DNA of 64,000 nt, taken from the NCBI GenBank assembly GCA_965112735.1, contig OZ218961.1, positions 806,001 through 870,000 on the forward strand, given 5' to 3'. Origin of the DNA: Phaeosaccion multiseriatum. Lineage: Eukaryota > Protista > Ochrophyta, other classes. Of the stretch, positions 46,901 to 64,000 are shown piece after piece. Below the pieces are notes generated by a model. The model worked only from the letters and a program-made list of their open reading frames with translations, was not told the origin of the DNA and did not search any database. Every line of letters starts with the position of its first letter. The first letter of the stretch is position 1. The position numbers and the translations under genes are program-made.

Positions 46901-49599
46901 GGAGCTGACGACGGAGCAGTACCTGGTGAAACCGATGCTGATTCTGGCCTTGGCCTATTCAGTGGCAGGCGTGCACATGAGCCTCATGAGTCTTGTTCTG
47001 AAGCACTACCTTGGCGGCCTTCGTACTGATGCAGCGGGCGGCAGCACTGGCAAGAGGCAAGTTGTCGACCTGGTGATCCGACTCGTGTACCCTCGATACA
47101 TGTCGCTGCACGCTGGAGGGCCTGGCATGGTCCTTTGGCTTCGTGCTATGGGCGCTCGCATCGCATGGACTGCCAAGGTCATTGCCCCCTCCCCTTCTTC
47201 CCCTGTGCTGGACCCGGCCTTGCTCGAACTTGGGCCACATTCCGTGGCGCTGGGGAACTTTGCTAGTCTAGCGGAAGGCTACGCAGGGAGGGTCAAGATG
47301 GGAGCCTGCGCCGTGACCACACCGGGCTCCTGTCTCTGTCCCGGGTCACAGCTTGGCGACGCTTCAATGGTGGGCCCGCTGACCTCCTGCCCCTCCTCCT
47401 CCGCGTCGCTGTCGGCGGCCAAGGTGCGATCGAGAACCCTTCGCTATGGTAGCCTGGTGGCACCGATCAGGCTTCACACGCAATATGACGAGAAGCGGCA
47501 GCACCAGCACCAGCAGCAGCACCAGCAGCAGCAGCAGCGGCATCAGCAGCGCAATCACAACGATGATAGGCTTGGTTCTTGCTTAGCTGGAGCAGGGGCT
47601 GCGATGTACTCTGTGTTGAGTCCTGTTGCCGTCCTCATGCTTCGTTTCACCACCCTGACCGGCACTCTTCTCTTGGCAACGTGGTCTGTGGCGTTCCTGG
47701 GAAGGTGGCCGGCTCTCGCCCTGTCGCCGGTGGTCATCTTGTCGCTCAGCATGGCCATGGCGGCTTGGTCGGTGGTCGTGAAGTGGTGCATCGTGGGGCG
47801 AGGAGCAGCCGCAGGAAGTTACGCCGGCGTCGGAAGCGTGGCGTTCCACACGAACTTGTTCAGTGCCGCAGTTACCCAAGCGGCTCGAGAGAGTGGCGTC
47901 AACAGCCTTGCGGGCACAGCAGCGCACACCTTGTGGCTTCGTGCCATGGGGGCTCGAGTCGGCAAGGGTGCCGTGGTGCTCGCCACAGATGGCCTGTCCG
48001 GATTCGACTTGATCCACTTGGGGGCAGGGAGCGTTGTGGATAGGGACTGCGTGATCGATGCCCGAAGGATTGTGCATGTGGAAGGAGGAAAGGCGGCCGT
48101 TGAAGGTCACAGAAGCGAGGAAGCCGCCGACGATGACGAAGACGAGGAGGAGGAGGGTGAGAGTGGTCCACCGCGAAGCATCACCACCGCTTCTTGCAGC
48201 ATTCTCTTTGAGAAAGTCATCGTCGGCCGAAGGGTGACGATAGGGGCGGGATCCGTCGTTATGGCTTCAACATCGCTGTCTCGCAATTCTAGCGTGTCCC
48301 CGGGAACTCTCATCGGTCCCGGGCTGCAACAGATCGACGATGTGCTACTTGAAGGTGTGCCCGCTGTGCGCATGTCACGCGGAGCTGATGGAGGAGCGTT
48401 CGAAGCAGACCTTGTGGGGAAGAAAGAAGCGCCAGATCTGTGGGTGGACGCGTGCCTGCCCAGCGATGTCACCACCACGATAAGAGGCATGGCGAGGGCA
48501 TCCTCTGTATATGTGCGGTGGAGTGCATCAGCAGCGGAGCTGACCACAGCGGGCTCGAATTGTACAGTCGAGTCTCCTATTCCGACGGTGGAGTCGATTC
48601 TACTCACAGGGGCCACCGGCTTTGTGGGTAGGCATCTGCTCGTTGACTTGCTGCAAGCGCACCCGCACTCGTTTGTGTATTGTCTTGTACGGGGCTCGGA
48701 CGACAACGACGGGTTACGGCGTGTGATGCTGGCCTTGAAGGAGTCCCAGCTCACTCTACGATCGTCACAAAGGGCCCGATTGGTGGTACACAGGGGCGAT
48801 GTGACATCACCAAGCCTCGGCCTCGCGGAGGAAGAGTACCAGGCCCTGGCCGGCACGGTGACACGCATCTACCACGCCGCCAGCCTCCGTAGCTTCACCA
48901 AGAACTATGCGCAATTGTTTGGGGCGAACGTATTGGGCACCCTTCATCTGCTAAGTTTCGCGGCGACTCACTCTCTCAAAGCCCTGCATATGGTTTCCTC
49001 GACTGCCGTCCTTACGCCGGACATGGTCAACGAGGAGGGGAGAATCCCTACAGACGCACCCTTGGGAGACATGACCGCGCTGCCTGCCACAGGACGAGCA
49101 ATTGGCGACCAGCTCGGGTACTACCAAAGCAAGGTAATTTGGGTGCCAGTGGATGTGGATGTGGCTGCTGCTGCTGCTGCTGCTTCGGTCGTTCTGTGTG
49201 TGCCCTCCTTCCTCCGACGAGTGTTACCCATCCGTCCATTCACCTCTTTTAACTCCTCCCCTTTTCCCCCTCTTTTCGCCCTCGTCTGCCTCCGTCTGCT
49301 GTCATGTACTGCCATCCACCTCCTACCCATCTCCTGCCCCCTCCTCTTGTCTCTCCTCCTTGCCATTCACTCCAGTGGGTAGCAGAGAGGCTTGTCACAC
49401 AAGCGGGGCAGGAGGGTCTCGACGTTAGTGTGTACAGAGTGCCTCTCGTGGTGGCAGGGCATCGATCCACTGGGCTTGCCCCCCGGCACGGTGATGTCTT
49501 TCTGTCCATGATTGAGCACGCAAGCAAGCACGGGGAGGCCCTCGCGCACACTCTCAACGCCACTCCTGTTGACATGGTGTCACAGGCCATCGTCATGCT

Positions 49600-49641
<42 letters not shown>

Positions 49642-50113
49642 TGAGGACGGAGCACCAACACCTGCACCAACAGCAGTGACGACTCGGACCTCCGTGTTCA
49701 ACATGGCCTGTGACACCTTCAACATTACGCCGGAAACCCTCCAGCTGGCCGTGGAGAGTGCCGGTCAAGTGAGACCTACCCCTCTGCCTACGGAGGCCTT
49801 TCTGGACTCGGCACACACGCCTCCTCTCGCGCTGCGCTCTTTCCTCTCCTCGCAGTCCTGCTGCTGTTTCTTTGACGGCTTTTCCTGCGCCGTGCACGAC
49901 GTGTACCTACCCAGTCCTCCCGCGGAGGAGTGCTTTCGACAGATTTTGAGTGGCCTGTGTGGGCAGCAAGGTCAGGGGCAGGGGCAGCAAGCTTACCTGC
50001 GCCACAACCACCACCACTGCGCTCCCGTGCCGAGCTGGAACGGGGTGAGTTTGGTCCTGACCATGATGGGAGCTCAACAGCAGAGAGAGCAGAGGGAGAA
50101 GGCATTTCTATAG
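40978..50113 (+). CDS. NRPS-like membrane enzyme: fatty acyl-AMP ligase (FAAL) - carrier domain (Ser absent) - 3x Pls/PosA-type TM + left-handed beta-helix modules - terminal NAD(P)-dependent thioester reductase
   Basis: Exons 40978-41274, 41500-42213, 42453-42769, 43478-43521, 43666-44651, 44837-~46500/46640, 46641-49133, 49376-50113. A domain: AFLQYTSGSTGDPKGV, SWLPQYH|DMGL, YGLAE, GEIWISSPSVAAGYW, YLRTGDVG, GRIKDLII.NG.NHYPQDIE, IPRTTSGKIRR. Carrier: LSEVGVDPL. Pls-type modules: KWAVIGRYRAG.YP..S.YYFRW and WLRA(L/M)GA(K/R)(I/V) x3. R domain: ILLTGATGFVG, GDVTSPSLGL, IYHAAS, NVLGT, GYYQSK|WVAE. Confidence 0.85.
42770..43320 (+). repeat. (GTGA)n intronic microsatellite starting at the splice donor
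   Basis: About 550 bp of GTGA/GTGAGT units directly from the exon end. Confidence 0.9.
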
Positions 50114-50358
50114 TTTGAGGAGTAGAAGTACGTGGTATGAGGAGAGGGGGGAGAGGGGGAAAGGAGGAGAGGGAGGATGGGAAGTAGTTGGAGCAGCGTA
50201 GAGACGAGGACAAGCGTAAACGTATCGGTGTGTGTTTTGTAGCGTGTGATGTGTGTGATGTTTGGCTTCACCTATTCTTGCAATAGATATTTATTTAGCA
50301 CCTAATTAATTGAATTTGTGTACACGTATTGTGCGTGCGGGCGTGTGCATGCCCGCCC

Positions 50359-50397
<39 letters not shown>

Positions 50398-50502
50398 GTA
50401 TACGTGTACGTGTCTGTGTTACCACCGTGAATTGGGAAGAAGGGGCAACAACATTCCGTAGTTACGACCTTTGCATAGCTATCTCCATGTATCGACCTCT
50501 TT

Positions 50503-52672
50503 TTACACTTTAAAATCACTGTTCAACGCCTTCTCCTTGTCCGTGGGTCCGTCAAGCACCTTGAGAACTGCCTCTTGCTTCAGCAGTCTGAGCTTCTCTT
50601 TGGCCTCTCTGCGCTTGGCCTTTTTGAGTTTCAGTTGCTCTTCCTTGTCGGCTGATCGGCTCTGCTGCAGTCTGGGCGGGTTGTGTTGTGCGTGTGGTGT
50701 GGGGGGGAGGGGCAGAAGGGGGGGGTGGGTGGGGGGGAGTGCAGGAGCGCGGGAGGGAGAGGGAGATGAGGCTGAGAGGAGAGAGAGAGGGGCGCTCACA
50801 CCTAAACTCAAACCCAGCCTCAGTCTCCATACACAGACTCTGTTCAAAAGCTCCCTTACTCTCGTGCTTCTAACCTTGCTTCCCACCTTAGAGAGAAACT
50901 CGGTATATAAACTCAAACCAAAACTCGACACGCAACGCTCGAGCAGAAACTCAAACTATAGTACATACTCACTTGGTTCTAACGTCCCACACTTGATTCC
51001 TGAGGTCCACCATAATAGAGACTCCGTATATGAACTCCCTGCTTTCGAGTTTCTCCCTGTGCTTCTCTAGCTTCTCGTCCTCGATGAGCTCTACCGCCCC
51101 TCGTACACTAAGGCCTCCTCCCCACTTGCTCAGGCGAGGCCATGATCGAACGTCCTGAGGCATGGATGGAGGGAGGAACGAAGGAAGGAAGGGAGGGAGG
51201 GAGGGAGGGAGGGAGGGAGGGAGGGGGAGGGAGGGAGGGAGGGAGGGAGGGAGGGAGGGAGGGAGGGAGGGAGGGAGGGAGGGAGGGAGGGAGGGAGGGA
51301 GGGAGGGAGGGAGGGAGGGAGGGAGGGAGGGAGGGAGGGAGGGAGGGAGGGAGGGAGGGAGGGAGGGAGGGAGGGAGGGAGGGAGGGAGGGAGGGAGGGA
51401 GGGAGGGAGGGAGGGAGGGAGGGAGGGAGGGAGGGAGGGAGGGAGGGAGGGAGGGAGGGAGGGAGGGAGGGAGGGAGGGAGGGAGGGAGGGAGGGAGGGA
51501 GGGAGGGAGGGAGGGAGGGAGGGAGGGAGGGAGGGAGGGAGGGAGGGAGGGAGGGAGGGAGGGAGGGAGGGAGGGAGGGAGGGAGGGAGGGAGGGAGGGA
51601 GGGAGGGAGGGAGGGAGGGAGGGAGGGAGGGAGGGAGGGAGGGAGGGAGGGAGGGAGGGAGGGAGGGAGGGAGGGAGGGAGGGAGGGAGTGAGGGGGGAA
51701 GGGAAGGAGGGAGGAAGGGAAGGAGGGAGGAAGGGAGGTAGGTAGGTAGGGAGGGAGGGAGGGAGTGATGGAAAGGAGGGAGTGAGTGAGTGGGGAGGGA
51801 GGGAGGGAGAGATGAATGGACATTGGCTGTTTGCTTGCCCTCTACCCCTCCCTCTCTCTCTCTCGCTCTCACTCTTCCTCTCGCTCTCGACCCCCTTCTA
51901 CTCTCCCCCCCTTCTCTCTCTCACCCCTTCCTCCGTCCCTCCGCCCCTCTCCTCCTTCGTCCCCTCCACCTCCCTCTCCCCATCTTCCCCTCTCTCAATG
52001 ACTTACTCTATCTCCGTTGGGCATCTTTAGGGTCCCGTTACCGTAGATGTATCCTCGATCCCAGGACCCATCATAAGAGAGCTTCAGGTTTTTGGACACA
52101 AACATTCCTCTTCCGTGGGGCACTCCTGTTAGTTGCATGGACGCGAGAAACGAGGAACCAAAGTTAGGGGCGTATGGGTGGGCGATGCAGAACAAGCCAA
52201 AGCGGACAGAGGGAAGACATTCATGAGGCCCGCACTCCTCATTCCTCACTCCTCACTCTTCGCCCCTCCCTCCTCACTCCTCATTCCTCATTCCTCACTC
52301 CTTACCCTTCACTCCTCACTCTTCACTCCTCACTCCTCACTCCTCACTTCTCACTTCTCATCCTCCCCCCCTCTTCATTCTTCACTCTTCGCTCCTCACT
52401 TCTCACTTCTCATCCTCCCTCACTCTTCACTCTTCACTCTTCACTATTCATTCCTCACTCCTCTCTCTTCCCTCATCGCTTCTCACTCTTCACTCTTCAC
52501 TCCTCACTCATCGCTCCTCACTCTTTTTTCATTCCTCACTCACTCACTCCTCACTCCTCACGCCTCGCTCCTCACTTCACTGTTCACTCACTCACCAGCC
52601 AGGAAGTCTCCTTCGTAGTATGACTTACTCGGGAAGACAAGCTTGCCGTGACCCTGTCTCACGCCTTGCAGC

Positions 52673-52734
<62 letters not shown>

Positions 52735-55700
52735 AATAAGAGAAACAAAAGGGCGAGGAGTGACAGGAGGGTAAAAAGAAGAGCAGGAAGAGGACCATGC
52801 CCTATACCGTGCCCCACCCCACCTTCCCCTCCCTTTCTCTCCCTTTCCCTCCCTTCCCCTCCCTTTCCCTCCCTTCCCCTACCCTATCCTACCTCACTCC
52901 ACCTTCCCCTCCCCTCCCCTCCCCTGCCCTGTCCTACCCTACCAGATCCTGCCCTACCCCACCCTAAACCCCACTCTATCCTACCCTACCCTACCCTACC
53001 CCACCCTACGGAAGAACACTACGTCAGAACGCCCTACGTAGTGTCCTACGTACGTACGTACGTACACACGTACCATCGCTCCACCCGCCTTCATAAACGC
53101 TGCCGGTCTTGGAAGTGAGCTTGCCGTGACCGTGAAAGAAGCCCGCCTGGGGAGGGTGGAACAGGGACGGTATGTCAGTGAGGGTGTCAGTGCCTTCATG
53201 TGTCAGGGGGGTGTGTGGGGGGGGGGGGGAGGCAACCACACACACACACACTCTCACTCTCACTCTCACTCTCACCCCCGCTCTCACTCGGTCACTCATC
53301 CTCACCCTTCCTCCCTCTCTCTCTCTCCCGCGCTCACACATACTCTTCTTCACTCCATGTCTCTTACTGTTACCTACTCTCTCACATTCTCTCTTACTCC
53401 ACACTCTCTCTCTCTCCTTCTCATCCCACACACTCACCCTGACCCCAACCGTGACTGTGACCCTGACCCTGGCCCCATCAACGCTGTCTCACCTTGAATG
53501 AACCTTTGAACTTGGTCCCATCCGGATACGCTGTCTCACCGTAACCGTCGGGCCAGTCCGCCTGAAACGCACCTGCGTACTCTGAGCCGTCCACGTATTT
53601 GAATCTGTACGTGTTGGTTGTTCGTTCGATTCGTTCGCGCCAAAAGGGAGGGAAGGAAAGAAGGAGAGAGGGGGAGAGAGTGTGTGTGTGCGTGCGCGTT
53701 AGGAGTGGGAGGGAGGGAAGGAGAGAGAGAGGGAAGGAGAGAGAGAGGGAGAGAGAGAGGCAGGGAGGGAGGAAGAGAGCGTGTGTGCGAGTGTGTGTGT
53801 GCGTGTGTGAGAGAGAGAGAGAGAGGGCAGTGCATGAGGAGTGGGAAGGAAATGCTCGTGGGTGGGTGGGTGTAGTCAACATTCACAGGCCACAGCCGTC
53901 AACCGCGAGCGACATTAAAAGAGAGCCTAAGCACCCATCAGCATGTCGGTGTCGACATATTGAGGCCAACCAAGAAACCCACACCCAAACTCAAACCAAT
54001 ACACCACCATAACCTGACAAGAACAAGAGCAAGAAGGGAAAGGAAGCGGAGACGGGAGGGGGGGCGGAAGCAGGGGGCGAAAGTAATCGCTGCAAGGCAA
54101 GACCGTCGGCCATGTACCTACTTACCATCACCTCCACTTGCACACCAGACCACACCACACCACACTACTCTCCAACCTTCCTACTGTACCTGCCGTATCC
54201 CGTCATTTTGCCCTCTTCCCAGTCTCCTTCGTAGCTAAAGTACTTCTCTCGTCCTTCGCTATTGGGTAGCTGCTGAATGGGGGCCTCCCACCCCGGTGGT
54301 CCGTGGGTATCAGGCTTGTACCCAATCTGAAACCGTGAGCTCCGCAGCATTTTTTTTCGATGCCCTTCGCCGACGGAAGGTTTGCGTTTGCCTGGATCCT
54401 CCCCACCGGGTTTGGAGCTTGTGCCTCCCCCTCCTCCTCCTCCTCCTCCTCCTCCTTGCCCCTCTTCTCCCTCCGGCTCGTCTTCGTCGCCGGAGTGCGG
54501 CTCCTTCACTCCCCGGCACAGCACAGAGGGGACAGGGAGGCCAAACACGTAAGAGAAGTAGAGGCATATGGAAGAGAAGTGGAGGCACACGTAATAGAAG
54601 TGAGGCACACGTTAGAGAAGTAGGGGCATATGGAAGAGAAGTAGAGGCACACGTAATAGAAGTGAGGCACACGTAAGAGAAGTAGAGGCATATGGAAGAG
54701 AAGTAGAGGCACACGTAATAGAAGTGAGGCACACGTAAGAGAAGTGAGGCACACTAGAGGCACATGGAAGAGAAGTAGAGGCACACTTAAGAGAAGTAGA
54801 GGCATATGGAAGAGAAGGAGAGGCACACGTAATAGAAGTGAGGCACACGTAAGAGAAGTAGAGGCACATGGAACAGAAGTAGAGGCACACGTAATAGAAG
54901 TGAGGCACACGTAAGAGAAGTAGAGGCACATGGAAGAGAAGTAGAGGCACACGTAATAGAAGTGAGGCACACGTAAGAGAAGTAGAGGCATATGGAAGAG
55001 AAGGAGAAGCACACGTAATAGAAGTAGAGGCATTCCGCATTCAAGGGCGAGAAGCAAGTCATCTGTGAGTGTTATGTATGCACACATACACGCACGCGCA
55101 CACACACATGACGCCGATCTCCACTGTGGCAGATCTGAGCCTGAGGCACGGTCCTTCCCTTCCTCTCTTCGTCGCTCGCTGCCTCCCTCCCTCCTTCCTT
55201 CCTTCCTTCCTTCCCTCCCTCCCTCCCTCCATCTGCCTCCCTCCCTCCCTCCCTCCCTCCCTCCCTCCCTCCCTTCCTTCCTTCCTTCCTCCCTCCTCCC
55301 TCCTTCCCTCCCTCCCTCCCTCCCTCCCTCCATCTGCCTCCCTCCCTCCCTCCCCTCCCTCCCTCCCTCCCTCCCTCCCTCCCTCCCTCCCTCCCTCCCT
55401 CCTTCCCTCCCTTCCTCCCTCCATCCATCCGCCTCTGCCTCTCTCCCCCGTCTCCTTGCTGACTTACCATTGTGAGCAGCGCCCTTGCCTCTACATGCAT
55501 CTTCTCTAAGCGGCTCTTCTTGGGTACCTCTAGCCTGTGACGCCCAAGAAGGTGGGGATGTGGGGGGTTGAAGAGGTTCAGATATTTTACCTAGCATTTC
55601 TTAATAGCTCAGAGTTTCTCTCGAGCGGTTAAGGGAGTCCATGCTTCACATTCTATCCCCATCTGAGCAAATGAAACATGCATGCACGCATCTGAGCAAG

Positions 55701-58041
55701 CACGCGCCTACGGAAACACACGTACAGAGAGAGAAGGTGACACACATATATACATGCAGACACTTGCAAACACACACAAAATATGGACCACACAACACGC
55801 GCACACACACACGCACACACATGTACACACGCAAAGACACGCACATGCATGCACACTCACGCACACACACGCACCCACATACACCTACGCACACGCACAC
55901 ACATGCGCACACATACACACACACACATACACACACGCACACACACATGCAAACACGCACACACACACACATACACGCATACACACACATGCTCTCTTAT
56001 TGCACAACGATTGCAGTACCTGTAGAACTCGTCGAAGGTCCGTCTTTCAAACATGTCCCTGTAGTACTGCCCACTCTTGGCTCCTAAGTGGACGAGATAG
56101 CTCCCTCTCTGAGGTACACGCACGCACACACACACGCATGGATGCACATGTACACACAGACACACATGCAGAGAGGGAGAGGGAGAGGGAGAGGGAGTGG
56201 GAGAGGGAGAGGGAGAGGGAGGAGGGGAGGGAGAGAGAGGGAGAAGGGGGGGGGAGGGAGTGGGAGAGGGAGAGGGAGAGGGAGGAGGGGAGGGAGAGAG
56301 AGGGAGAAGGGGGGGGAGAGGGAGAGGGAGAGGGAGAGGGAGAGGGAGAGGGAGAGGGAGAGGGAGAGGGAGAGGGAGAGGGAGGGAGAGAGAGGGAGAG
56401 GGAGAGGGAAAGGGAGAGGGAGAGGGAGAGGGAGAGGGAGTGGGAGAGGGAGAGGGAGAGGGAGGAGGGAAGGGAGAGAGAGGGAGAAGGGGGGGGGAGG
56501 GAGTGGGAGAGGGAGAGGGAGAGGGAGGAGGGGAGGGAGAGAGAGGGAGAAGGGGGGGGAGAGGGAGAGGGAGAGGGAGAGGGAGAGGGAGAGGGAGAGG
56601 GAGAGGGAGAGGGAGAGGGAGAGGGAGAGGGAGAGGGAGAGGGAGAGGGAGAGGGAGAGGGAGAGGGAGAGGGAGAGAGAGGGAGAGAGAGGGAGAGGGA
56701 GAGGGAAAGGGAAAGGGAGAGGGAGAGGGAGAGGGAGGGAGAGAGAGAGAAGAAGAGGGAAAGGCAAAGGGAGAGGGATAGGGAGAGGGAGGGCGCATGC
56801 ACAGCATCAGAGGCGAGAAAGGGAGAGGCGAGGGGGAGAAGGGGGGGGGGGGCACCCCAAGGAGAGAGAGCGGGGGGTGAGGGAGTGTTTAAGAGATGGG
56901 CCTGCTCCTCTGTGTGTGAACGAATGGCTCTGCCTTTCTTTCCCTGCCCCTCTAACTCTCTCTCTCTCTTTCTCTCTCTCTCTCCCTCTCTACCCCCATC
57001 TCTCTCTCTGCCGTAGAGGAACCCCTTCCCACAGTTAACAGACTGACACCTTGACACCAGGTACTGACACCTTAACACCAGGTACTGACACCTCGACACC
57101 AGGTAGGTAGCACACTGGCGCCCGACCCGACTCCCAGTACCGTACCTTATGCTGCAGGTCCCACATTTTGTCGACGAGGGTTTCCGAGTACCCTGCTCGC
57201 ATGAGCATCCTCCGATACACCACCCCTCGAGCAGCGTCGATGGTCTGGGCGGGGCCTTTCTCTCCAGCCGCGGTCTTGTAGAGGCGGGGAGGGGGGGAGG
57301 GAGGGAGGGAGGGAGGGAGGGAGGGAGGGAGGGAGGGAGGGAGGGAGGGAGGGAGGGAGGGAGGGAGGGAGGGAGGGAGGGAGGGAGGGAGGGAGGGAGG
57401 GAGGGAGGGAGGGAGGGAGGGAGGGAGGGAGGGAGGGAGGGAGGGAGGGAGGGAGGGAGGGAGGGAGGGAGGGAGGGAGGGAGGGAGGGAGGGAGGTAGG
57501 GAGGTAGGGAGGGAGGGAGGAAGGGAGGGAGGGAGGGAGGGAGGGAGGGAGGGAGGAGTTAGAAACAAGAACAAGACGACAAAAGCAAGGAAAGGGAGGT
57601 GAGGAGGGACGCTTCTGAAAAACGTGCTCTTAGTAGCCTTCACTCTGCACGATAGAACCTAAAGAAGGCCGTTCGACCTTCCCTCGCCGTGACTTTCCTC
57701 CCTTCCCTATTGCACTTGGACATTCTCCCACTCACGCCGAGATCTTCTTCGTGCTCCTCCTCCTCCTCCTCCTCCCCCTCCCGGCCTTCTTGAATAGCAG
57801 GCATAGCCCCGTCGCCTCCAGCAGAAGATAGTCTTCGCGAAGACTCTCTCCTCCTGCTGCTGCTGCTACTGCTGCTGGTCGTCCTCCTCCTCCTCCTGCT
57901 GCTGCTGCTGCTGCTACCACCTTTTTTGGAAGAAGAGGATGGGCGCCTCTCTGATGAGGACTTCCTCCTCTTTCCACTACTGCTGCTTCCCCTGCGAGAC
58001 TTTCTGTCTTTCCCGTCCCCTTCCTGCTCGGGAGCGACCAT
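50503..58041 (-). CDS. MORN-repeat protein with C-terminal coiled coil (about 11 exons; 5' exons uncertain)
   Basis: Successive exons give [118 protein letters not shown]. Confidence 0.8.
51190..51690. repeat. (GGGA)n microsatellite, read as (TCCC)n on the MORN sense strand just before an acceptor
   Basis: Perfect tetranucleotide run of about 500 bp. Confidence 0.95.
54545..55031. repeat. Intronic minisatellite (~62-bp unit of GAGAAGTAGAGGCA / CACGTAA submotifs)
   Basis: About 8 imperfect tandem copies. Confidence 0.9.
56170..56790. repeat. (GAGAGG)n compound purine satellite, intronic
   Basis: Hexanucleotide run with a higher-order duplication. Confidence 0.9.
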
Positions 58042-58168
58042 GGTCAGCTTCGAGACCACTGAAGCCCTTCGTGCCTCTTACTCTGGGGTGTGGACGAGGG
58101 GGGGAATGATCACATCCACCTGCTTCTGCAGCGTACTGCCTCTCTTTCTGTGCGATTGGAGGGAGGGC

Positions 58169-58255
<87 letters not shown>

Positions 58256-58359
58256 GCTCTCTCTCTCTCTCTCTCTCTCTCTCCTGTCTCTCTCTTTCTC
58301 CCTCTCTCTCTGTGTCTCCCTCTCTCTTTCGTTCTTTCTTTGTTCCAGGCTGTCACAAT

Positions 58360-58851
58360 TTCTTAACGTTAAATTTCTAGATGTCGATGTTAAAAGTAGA
58401 CCACCTCGACTCCGGTGCCCACGTTGTTGAGGCGCCTCTTCTTCAGAGGCTTACCTAAAGCACAGAGAGGTTAGAGAAGGTACCACCTTGCTGCCTTGCA
58501 GTAAGGAAAGGGCGGAGGAGACTGGAAGCTGGCTGAAGAGTTCCAAAAGCTAGAAGATACCCAGAGCGTGGAAGCACCAGGATAGAGCCTGCAGAGCGAT
58601 ATCGTAGAGCCGAGGAGGAAGAGAGACAAAAGGCCGGAGTGTGGGAGCGCAAAGCTCCCCCCTCCTTGTGTCTGGAGGAAGATCTGGTCACGCTCCTGTT
58701 GGCTGATGCGAAAGGCGATTCGACAAGGCAGGCCGGTCGAAAGTTTTGGGGAAAGAGGCAGCACGTGTGAATAAGACAGCTTGACAAAAAAGTCAACAGA
58801 GCAAAGGATTGGCTCGGGGCATCACGAGTAGGGCAGGCAAGGAGGAGGGAC
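58360..58851. promoter_or_regulatory. Probable bidirectional promoter (MORN gene / SGF29)
   Basis: Short spacer between divergent genes. Positional inference only. Confidence 0.35.
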
Positions 58852-63932
<5,081 letters not shown>

Positions 63933-64000
63933 ATACGCGCGAGAACGGCGGCGGTCTGATGGATAGACGTACATACCACCACACCAACACGCATACATTC

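Noticed and set aside
33692-50113. Sulfotransferase + NRPS-like gene as a biosynthetic cluster (cf. FAAL/sulfotransferase olefin synthases)
   Set aside because: They are separated by enkurin, the sulfotransferase looks secretory-pathway anchored, and there is no KS or TE domain. No support without co-expression data.
51108-51872. Long (PPSL)n / (GGRE)n ORFs here and at 5522-5943, 6566-7587, 13158-13612, 55059-57643
   Set aside because: Translations of stop-free intronic (GGGA)n and (GAGAGG)n microsatellites, not proteins.
54545-55031. Regularly spaced repeats resembling a CRISPR array (also 38405-38560)
   Set aside because: No unique spacers, no cas genes, and an intronic eukaryotic context: these are minisatellites.
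2022-58041. VPS9-RCC1 gene plus MORN gene as a split alsin (ALS2)
   Set aside because: They are over 40 kb apart with unrelated genes between, there is no DH/PH domain, and the VPS9 is VARP-type. Probably coincidence.

Overview
This is eukaryotic, microsatellite-saturated DNA, most likely from a flagellated photosynthetic stramenopile (ochrophyte). That inference rests on a bipartite signal-peptide+'AF' plastid presequence and an enkurin gene. I built the spliced models by hand, so exon edges are approximate. Genes in order: (1) partial poly-Glu/CCCH ORF; (2) VARP-N + VPS9 + RCC1 gene (-); (3) DnaJ-FN3-RanBP2 zinc finger-SH3b-WW-WW gene; (4) intronless PPR gene with 18 repeats, about 16 nearly identical, and a degenerate Smr-like tail; (5) Mis12-like kinetochore gene; (6) plastid dihydrolipoamide dehydrogenase; (7) head-to-head ankyrin-like gene and pseudogene; (8) membrane-anchored sulfotransferase-like gene; (9) enkurin (-); (10) NRPS-like gene; (11) MORN-repeat gene (-); (12) SGF29 with a huge CAA-encoded polyQ. 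The two best candidates for an undescribed system are the NRPS-like gene and the PPR gene. The NRPS-like gene reads FAAL - carrier domain lacking its Ser - three Pls/PosA-type membrane/beta-helix modules - terminal reductase. The PPR gene is a TALE-like, apparently recombining array. Other points of interest are a circularly permuted inverted repeat containing the DnaJ gene's 3' end, and polarised microsatellites inside introns. Most ORFs in the supplied track are microsatellite artefacts.
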